Below are positions 54,219 to 64,000 of a stretch of 64,000 nucleotides of DNA, in pieces. Source of the DNA: Chrysomallon squamiferum (taxonomy: Eukaryota > Animalia > Mollusca); assembly GCA_012295275.1 (NCBI GenBank), contig CM022671.1, forward strand, positions 2,170,001 to 2,234,000, given 5' to 3'. A program made the position numbers and the translations under genes. The notes below the pieces were generated by a model. The model saw only the letters and a list, made by a program, of their open reading frames with translations, had not been told where the DNA came from and ran no database searches. Numbering within the stretch: the stretch's first letter is position 1; each line of letters starts with the position of its first letter.

Positions 54219-55808
54219 TTAATATCTTCGTATTGCTGTTTTCTTTGATTTCTTCTTTCCCAGCTTTTGTGGACCCAGAAGTTTGAAAGTACTCCTGAAG
54301 TAAACCAAGACAAATAATAAACTTAGAATTTAAATTAATTAATTTATCTGACTTACATCTATACTTTTTATTATCATTACAAGCATGAATAAAAATAATA
54401 ACCAATCATATAAGCATTAAACATGAAATAACCAAATGGCAACTGTACTCAGCTGAAACAATAACTTTAAAGTAACAGAATCTACTGAACTTCCTTCATG
54501 TTTCTAAAAACATTCTGACCTATTTTACGTTATTTAAATCTTTCCAACATCAAATCGTGTAAATTAGAGACTTTCAAAGTAAAAATAAGTAGCCTGGAAA
54601 GAAATTCATATTACCATTCAATAATGACAAGACAAGTTTCTATAACACAGTCTGAAGTTAGCTACCTCCATTACAAATGCAGATAATAAATTAGTACACT
54701 GTGGGTTTCACAACAAAAATAATAATTTAATTATTAAAACAATGATACTACTAGTAATAGTACCTATTCAGAAAATTATACTTTTAATTTTTATACCCAT
54801 AAGCTAACTGAATATCATTTAAAATGTGTAATTTCCAAGAACAAATACTTTTTGTTCTGAATACATTATGACTAGTAATCCAAACAATCGAATTATATAC
54901 AAATGGTAATAATTTATTTCTGTAAATTTAAATTTAAATTTTTTGTCTTACACCAAAGATAATAAGTAAGTAAAAATTAATGAAAAAAAAAAACAACAAC
55001 TAAAAAACTAAAAAGTATTCCCCTATTAAATGCATAAAAAGAAGAACACTTACTAGATAAACATACAGAACACACATAACCAATGTCTATAAGATTTCGA
55101 TGACAGAAACAAGCTGCTCGGTAATCCACCTGAGCTTTTGGAGGCAAAGTCAGTTTGGAACGGATATTGGGATCAGGCAGGAAAATCCACTGAAAAATAA
55201 ACAAGAGTAACAACACCTAAACTTTTAACTATTAATAATTAATAATATTTGATGTTAAACACGAGTTTTTGCATATTCATGACATTCAATACTGAAGACA
55301 GTAAAATATTATTAATATTTAGTTATTAAGAGCAACAACAACAACACAAAGCTAGTTACAAAGAAAAGCTATCACATCCTACAGAACATACAAAGAGGTA
55401 CTGAAGAAGTCCTGCCATTTGTGGAATCTCTAAATATGTACCTCCTCTTATGTCACAAGCCTTGTAAAATAAATCAGCTAAAAAAACAAAACATTAAGTT
55501 TTCAGTTCTGTATTCTTAAAATGATTATTATTATTTTTCTTTTTTACATATTTATCATATACACTGTTAGATAGATAACATAGTTTACCAGGTGTAATTC
55601 CGAAACTTAAACTGATGACTGTTGTTAGTTTTTTATTTTATAAATAATTATGAAAACAATTTATTTATTACTGTTATTTTTTATATCAGGAACTGAGGAA
55701 GGAAAGGTTATTAAAAAATATATTTTTAGAAATAAACGGGTAATTGTAACAGGCCTGTTGAAGCAATCCTGATTCATTATCGAGAACACAGGCATCAACA
55801 AAAACATT
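54219..55808 (-). pseudogene. GTF2H3: GTF2H3 3' exon block: 55808-55755, 55460-55392, 55189-55054, terminal 54294-54219; no upstream GTF2H3 exons
   Basis: NVFVDACVLDNESGLLQQ | ACDIRGGTYLEIPQMAGLLQYLF | [45 protein letters not shown] | STFKLLGPQKLGKKKSKK. The first donor is GC; the short IFCxFSPICTTC exon is absent or decayed (perhaps ~54433-54464). Confidence 0.9.
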
Positions 55809-56381
55809 CTGAAACATTAAAAACTAACATTCAGCTAAGTCATAGACCAATTTGTATACATCTTTATTGGTTAGAAAAGGAAAGATACATCGGAAAGAAA
55901 GCCGACAACCCAGCACTACATAATATGAATCAGTATGTACAATGTCACGTGACAGAACTTTACAGGAGCAGAGTTATGATCTTAAAAAGTGGATAAATAA
56001 AAGGAAATAACTTGATTCGAAAACAGTGTCTTTAATATATAGTGTTTATTTTATAAGAACCAGCCTAAAAGAAACAAGAAACAAACAAACAGTCAAACGA
56101 AAAACCTAACAAAACAACGCATTTATATAGCATGAAGAAAAAGGAAAAAGAATAGTTCATCATTTATTTTTATTTTTTCATTATATTAATCATACATTAA
56201 CGGATAAAAAATGGAAAGAAAGTCGAGTTAAAAAAAAAAAAAAACTAAGAAAGGAAAGAGGGAACTGAAGAAATCAAAAGGAAAGAAGCATAGAATTTTT
56301 AAAAATTCTTTAGCAGAAAAGAAGGATCTGAAAAAAAATAAAAACAAAGAAATACTTTTGACTAAATTACATGTTACTCAC

Positions 56382-56819
56382 CTGTGTTGATATCATATGA
56401 CCTCATGAGACATACAACATCTTCTATATCATCATTACAGTGACACTTCCCATCAAAGAAACATTCTCCGTTCAGACACACTTTACTGCATGTTTCATTA
56501 CAAAAATTCCCCCACCATCCTTTCTTACAGCCATCGAGACACTCCCCTGTGTGGCGACCACAAACGGATTCGTTTGGAATGGTTGATGAACAGTTTCTCA
56601 AACAATGTTTTGTACAATTCTCTCCCCAGAAACCATTTTTGCAATTATAACATATACCTGTTGTTTTATTACAACCGTCGACATCACAGTTGTTGCACTG
56701 GTCTGTACAGTTGTCTCCGTACCAGCCAGGTAAACATGATTTACATTGTCCTTTGCATTCCAAACAGTTGTAAGACCACGTAGATAAATTACTCAAATGG
56801 TCAATTTTCTCATCTATTT
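56382..56819 (-). pseudogene. Type A EGF exon (paralog of 1746-1303); second exon missing and signal exon destroyed at a (CT)n tract
   Basis: 438 nt open phase 1-1 exon. CTGAGCTGGGTGAC at ~57225-57238 runs into the (GA)n tract at 57092-57185 with no ATG signal exon. Confidence 0.8.
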
Positions 56820-57089
56820 CTGGGGGTAAAAGACAAAAAGAAGTAAAAAAAAGAGCGTAAAAAATAATACTAATACTAATAAAAAAATACCCAAGAACAA
56901 TAATAATAAACCTATTTTATTTTTAATGCAATAAAATTTGTTCTTATGTTAATATTGAAGTTGTCACCAACTCCACTACAATGACAGAAATAGCACATTC
57001 ATTATCATCGCTAACTTCATCAGTACAGTTATTAATATAATTACCCAATCATTTTTATCATTTACTGATAATAATTACAGATAAGTACG

Positions 57090-57187
<98 letters not shown>

Positions 57188-58429
57188 GTTGTAAAGAAGA
57201 GATGTCGCAGAACTTTTCTTCTTGTCACCCAGCTCAGATATAAATAAAGTAACAAGACTGTTGATCAGCAAATAGAAATACCGAACTCAGAAAAGACCTT
57301 TTATCTGTTAATCTGAGCGGTAACGTGAGGGAAGTCTGTGCTGGATAGTCAACAAATAATACTTTACATGGACCTTTTAACGTAATATATAATTTGTATA
57401 AAATTTCCAAATTTATCAGAAATCTAAGGTTTGTTTGTTAAATTGTAAAACTGCAGTTTTCATTCTTAGTGTTTCTTTTCAAAGAGAAAATGCTTTTCTT
57501 TTTTTCCTCTTTTTGCTAGATCTATGCATTTCACAAGTAAATGAATAAGTGTACGTATGTTCTAAATGAAACAAAGAAAAACGGAACAAGTAAATAATAT
57601 TAATAATAATAAAAAGAAATGAAAATACAGAAAGAACGAGGAAAGAAGGAACTAAAAAGGGAAGGGTAGCTCCTGCATTTCTATAATAACTTTCTAAATT
57701 ACTGAAACTTTTCTAACATAACATTCTACTACAATAACACTTCAGCTATGAATATCCTTCTTTCTAAATCAATCTTGTGAAACATTACTACAAGAGCTGT
57801 GTTTAACCTGTTTTGTCTATAAGTCTTCTAACTTACTAACACTACTACTATATTTACGCTTCTTTGTAATAATATTCTAACACATTAACACTACAGTTGT
57901 GTTAACACTTTTTATTATGTTCTAAGATACTAGCACTATCACTGTGTATACCTGCGCATGAGAAACAATTATAAGCAGATTTCTTTTATTTGTATATGTA
58001 ACATTAGAGTGTGTCTCAGAATAAATTTATTTTTGTATATTGTTTAGCCGTGAAAAACATTGAAAATAATTATATACAATTTGTTTTACTGAAAATGCAT
58101 AAGAAAACAATTACAATCGCTATCTCTCTTTCGCTCTCTGTATATTTATATGTGCATATGATTGCATGTGTTTGCATGTAAAATGTAGTAATTACAGATC
58201 CTTCATACATTCTCAAGCACTAAAATATTAGTTCATAATAATAATCTAAGTACATTGTGATATCATTGCTTGTCTTTTTATATTTATGATCCTATTCCAT
58301 ATTTAAGCCTGCTCAAATATATTACTTTTAACTTATAAAAAAAAGCGTTTCATATACACTTACACACAAATGGAGTTTTCTTTCAAAAACATACATAATA
58401 TTTTAACACAATTTCTCTTTGTATCACAG

Positions 58430-58559
<130 letters not shown>

Positions 58560-60601
58560 CACACACATATACATATATATATATTTTTTCCTTAAGGACA
58601 ATTTTTATATTATCAGTTTTGTTCTTTCTCTTGCTTATTCTTTCTTCATATAATGTCAGATAAAAAAAATAATTATAATCTTCTGGCCTCTGAAATAATA
58701 ATAATAGTAATAATAATAATAATAATAATTCGTTTCTTCTTTATTTTTTTTTATTTCTTTATTCATATACATCTTTTAATTTTAATGACAAACAACCAGT
58801 GTAAAACATAATATGAATAACCATTGTTTTTAAAATTCTTTATTCACCTTTAATCTTTCTTTTTTTGCTCTTTTGCATCTCTCTATTGTCTTTTCTTTTC
58901 TTTTCTTTTCTTTCTCTCTTTCTTTCTTTTTCTTTTCTTTGTTTGTTTTCCTTGTTTTATTTTTTGTAATCTTTCTCGCTGTATCTTTTAAATCATTTTT
59001 TATGTACTCAAGTCAAATACACAGCAATTCTTATTTGAGCCATTTACACACGTAAATGTGTTTTTTGATTATTCTGACTTTCTCTCCATCCTTTCTCTTT
59101 ACGTCTTTATTGTCATAAAAATAAACAAATTGTCAATTGAAAGTTTTTAATGATGTAAATTTTATTTTCATTCTTTATTTATTTACTGAAACATTTAAAA
59201 ACAACAACAACGAGAAAAATCATTCGTTACAACAAATACACTATTTCTAATTCTTAATGTTTTTATATTTGCTATAATATTATTGAAAAAGGAAAGGAAT
59301 TCACTTAATTTATGCTATGGGACGACATAAAAGTACTCGAATTCATACTTGTAGTCTGTCACCTGCAGACGTTATCAGATACGTACGTGGTAACGGTAAC
59401 CAGCACTTACACAAAGGACTTTTTGTTAGGTGTTTCGTTACAGGACTGTTTGTGCATGTATACACTCAAGTAAAATGTCAGCTTTGGCTTCTTAACTGAC
59501 TGGAAAAAAAAAACAATCAGTTAACGGGCTAAGCAGAGCACCTTTGGATCATTGATTACACACAAGTCAATACATTGGTAGAGAAAATATTTATAGTTAT
59601 TTATATATCTATTGTTAGTAATGTACTTTGACAGAGATATAAACAAGCTACCTAAACGTTTACTTCGAGGAACGGCGAAACTTCGTCTTAGTTTTGTTTG
59701 AAAGATATAAAATAATGAATTTATTGAAGACTGGAATTTTTAACAGCTCTGACTGATTATTTTATGACAAGATTAGTGTAAACTATTAAAGTGATTTGAA
59801 CGCAATGGCAGTATCTAATGAAGAATGTAATAAAATGGTTTGTTTCGTGAACATATGCTGGCAAAATAACAAAATCAAATGAATGTAAGTAGATACCATA
59901 GAATACATATACTGAGAAAATGTTTTAAAAATCGGAAATAATTTAAGGGACTTTCATGGTCATTTTAAATAGAAACGATGAAGAAGATTGATTTAATATC
60001 TTATGGAACAACATAAGTCAGTTAGATGATAATAAATTAAGATTGTATTAAGATACAAACACTATTTATATACTCAATTATATCGTCATCTCGTTATCCC
60101 TAAAGTTGTATCGAAGCTTTGAGTTGGTAACTCCTTTTAATTAATGTTGAAACAGGAAAATATATTTTGCCCTGTAGACGTTATTATTATATATTTTTAG
60201 CTAGGAATATCATCAAATTTTAACTCCAAATGCACAACTCATTTTTATAATAAAAATAATAAAGCACAACTTTTAGTAGTATTTTATTTACTGAGTTTCA
60301 AAGGTATAAGAGTCTTCTTATTTAATGTTATCTTATATCTTTAATTACCTGTTTATTTGTTTATTTTTACATTTGGTATTATTCTTATTAATGATGCATT
60401 CTTTTCATAATATTATTTCATGTAAATAAATTATTGTATCATGTTTTATCGTGTGTAACACTTTTAAAAACGAGTCAATGAATGAATGAAACAATAACTA
60501 AAATAATTTAACAAAAAAGAAAAGAACAACTTAACCGGAACACACCTTTCATTTCCTTGATATTTTGCTGTTTCAGGAGTATGAAGAAAAGGTGTAAAAA
60601 C

Positions 60602-62954
60602 ATGGGAGTTCTTCTCCTCTTACTCTTTACTGTACCATCCGTGTATTCTTCAATAAAACCTCACTGTAAAGTACCCAGCGAATCTAAACATGTTTGTCAA
60701 AGTGGTTGTGAAGATGGATGGTACGGTAAATATTGTAAAATGGACTGTCATATGAATTGTGTGAAGTGTGATCGCGTGACTGGAAATTGTTCTGGACAGT
60801 GCAAAGACGGTTATTTTGGAGATCACTGTTTCAACCCCTGTCCACACTGTAGCGCTGGGTGTGACGCTAAAGGCGAATGTATTACTTCTACAACATCAAC
60901 ACCATCAGCTAACATCAGTAAGTAACTTTATGGAATTATTATTCAGTCATGGACTATCATATAAGAAACATATATATTTGTTTAATTTGTTACAGTTTAG
61001 AAAAAGTGTTGTAATGTGAACTGTATCAAATATAAGAATTCACTTCTTTTAACATAGAGGATTATGAACGTTTTTAGTATCAAAATAGGTTTATCACTGA
61101 AAACATTCATATGGTTATTATTTTTAGATCGAGTCTGTAATTGCCTGTCATAGATAGAGAGAAAACGAATATCAATATTAAAATATGTTTATCACTGAAA
61201 ACACTGACATGGTCATTTTTCTTAGATTCCTGTCCTCCTGGTTGGTTCGGACCCAAGTGTCAGTACAAATGTAAAAACTGCAACAACAATGGTTGCATAA
61301 AACAAACAGGAGCATGTCTAGACTGCAGAAATGGATATTATGGTAACTACTGTTCAGATCGTTGTCCAGAGAATTGCAATTTAAATTACAACAATAATAA
61401 CAAATCTTCCTGCAGTCGAGATTCAGGGCAGTGTTTACATGGTTGTGTTAAAGGATGGTTTGGAGACCGATGTGAGAAGAAATGCAGCTTAGGATGTCGA
61501 AATGAAACTTGTAACAAAATGGGAACAAAATGTTCGGAAGGATGCATTGATGGACGATATGGTGACACATGTAACAAGAAGTGCAGTAAAAACTGTATTA
61601 AACAACTTTGTGAAAATGATGGAACGTGTCTTGAAGGCTGCTATCCTGGCTGGACCGGCAGATACTGTCTGCAGAATTCCAAACATGAAGGTAAAATATT
61701 TAAGGGGATAATATGTTACGTTATAGATACAGTTAATGATATCCAAATAAAACATTTTGTGAAAAAAAAATCCTAAACTTTTTTGTTACAATTGTTATGT
61801 TTTTTACAATGAATATTAAAACATCTTTCTACATTTTTGTTAATATATACGTTCATTATCATTTAATAGATTTTATTATAGGCATTTCTAATAAGAAATA
61901 TTTACATATATTTAATTTTATTCGTTTTGTTAAATAATTCTAACGTATATCATTCATGATTACTTTGCATGGTTTTTTTCTTCTTCTTCTATTTCTTTCT
62001 TTTTCTTTTACATTTTCTTTTTTACTTTTTGACTTTTTAAATTTTTTGTATTCGTAGGTTATGCGACACAATTTGAATTAATTATTCCATTCACTACGGT
62101 GATTCTGTTTCTCGTTGTCCTTTTAGCTTGTGTTATACTCAAGTAAGTTGTTATAGATTATAATGCAGTTTATGTATAATGATGGTAATGTGCGCACGCG
62201 AATGTTTGTTAATTTAACTGAGATTTAAACTCAGACATTTCTATAGCATTTTATGAATACATATTTCGTACTCTCTATGTGTTTTTGTTTCTATGAAGGA
62301 TTTCTTCATATGTAGTGTACCTTTATTATTAGTGATCTGTAAAACAATTTATGCTTATTTTTATTTATTTATTTAATACGCTTGTGTTAGGTCTGCTAGA
62401 TTTAGTGAATACACAAACAAAACAATGGCAAAAATAAAGTATCTTCAGGCTAAAAATCTTTAGTTAATCAATAATTATCAGTCATTCTGTACGTATGTGC
62501 GTATGTATGTGTATACTAATGCTAGTTTAGCTGTATGGATTATTCCTGTCACGCACTCTATTTATCTCTCTACATGAACGTGTTTCTGTTACTGTGTGTA
62601 TGTATTGTGTGTCACTTCCATTTCCTTTATGTTTCCTATCTTAAAAATTCCCTATGTGTGATTTCAACAGAATCTATATAATATTGACTGATAAGTGAAT
62701 ATTTATTTTTTTACAGGAAATGGAAGAACGCTCAACGTAAAGAACCGAATTCAACACCTGAATCAGTTTCTTTGTCTGGTAACACATCAACGGTTACTGA
62801 TCACTATGATCAAATTAATGAATCTCAGTTAGAGAGTTTCTCAGACAGTTCATCAAATAACTCTCAACAAAGTGCGTTATGTTCCAACAACAACAACAAC
62901 CAGATATATTTGCATCCTACAGTAGAAGATGTTTTTATTCCAGTAGTTTCATGA
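60602..62954 (+). CDS. Intact chimeric EGF-repeat type I receptor, 367 aa; exons 60602-60917 (type B; acceptor 60577, upstream in-frame ATG 60581), 61226-61690, 62058-62142, 62717-62954
   Basis: All junctions GT-AG with consistent phases (1,1,2), 1104 nt open. The last three exons are paralogs of 29234-31081; tail has DHYDQI and IYLHP. Confidence 0.9.
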
Positions 62955-63082
62955 CAGACAAGAAAGAAAGAAGAAAGAGAAAGAAGAATAAAAAAAGAAA
63001 GGATGAGACCAAGAATGTGTTCAACATAAGTATAGCGTTTAGCTTGCTTGTTGGGAAGAATATTTTAGGAATATGCTCCAAA

Positions 63083-63182
<100 letters not shown>

Positions 63183-64000
63183 AAGAAGAAGAAGAAGAAG
63201 AAGAACAAAAGAAAAGAAGAAAACACAAACAGTTGTAATATAACGATACATAGAGCAAATATTACTTTTCTCTTTTCACAAATTACTTAGCTATTAAACC
63301 TTTGTTCATGCATGAGTTTCAAAGAGAAAAAAGAAGAAAGAAATGAAAAATACGAAAAAAAGAAAAAAGAAATCGCTGTTGTGTGACACGGCGCATTCCT
63401 TGACTGTTTCCCATTCCAGACAGAGACAAATGATTAGTTTATCAAAGTACACGGAATGCGATATTGTCTTTGACACTGGTCAACTGCTAATCTAAATAAC
63501 TGAAAACGGACATAATATAAAGCACTTGATTAGTTAGAAATGTATATGTAGAAAATTTAATATGCAGAATTTGTTGAGCTCTCGAAAAGTCGTCAAATAA
63601 ATATAGTTGCTTTTAACAACATATAGATACAGTTATTATCAACAAGTTTGGTTTTACTATTCAATCATATGAAATTTCCGACCACATATTTTAATGCAGT
63701 AACATAGTTTGTTTCTAACTGGGAAGTTATACTATTTAATATTTAATATGTTCGAAATGTTTTGTTTAATTATAGTTTGAAAATTTTAGATGTTGTTATT
63801 TATTTGGATGTTTACAAAATGTTAACGTTATTAATACATCATTTAATTTTTCTGATGTCAGTTGTTATTTCATTATTTTTTGGTTTGTTTGGTTGCTGTT
63901 CGTTTGTTCGTTCATTCATTTTTATTTATTTATTTATATATTTTCTAATAATAATATATATAACGCAGTATATATATATCTCATAGATAATTTTCTATAT

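Noticed and set aside
55755-56819. In-frame EGF-GTF2H3 fusion protein
   Set aside because: The EGF exon ends in phase 1 while the GTF2H3 exons start in phase 0, and the signal exon is destroyed.

Overview
AT-rich, microsatellite-laden, intron-containing animal DNA; repeat style and gene content suggest a mollusc (inference, species not determinable). Most ORF-track entries are microsatellite or antisense noise, so the genes were rebuilt by hand from splice sites. The window is a rapidly rearranging cluster of Cys-rich, EGF/laminin-EGF-repeat type I membrane receptors (MEGF10/CED-1/SREC-like repeat type). Two are apparently intact: 25814-31081 (6 coding exons, 529 aa) and 60602-62954 (4 coding exons, 367 aa). 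At least six partial or disabled copies are present. They are built from two kinds of N-terminal exon set and several TM/tail modules, joined in different combinations through phase-1 introns. Embedded in the cluster are an unprocessed EIF2B1 (eIF2B-alpha) pseudogene with exons 4-6 tandemly triplicated, a head-to-head GTF2H3 5' relic (the same gene pair is head-to-head in human), and a separate GTF2H3 3' exon block at 54-56 kb lying downstream of an EGF exon. There is also a ~6 kb segmental duplication, MULE, pogo/Tigger, LINE and SINE relics, and one 200-N gap.
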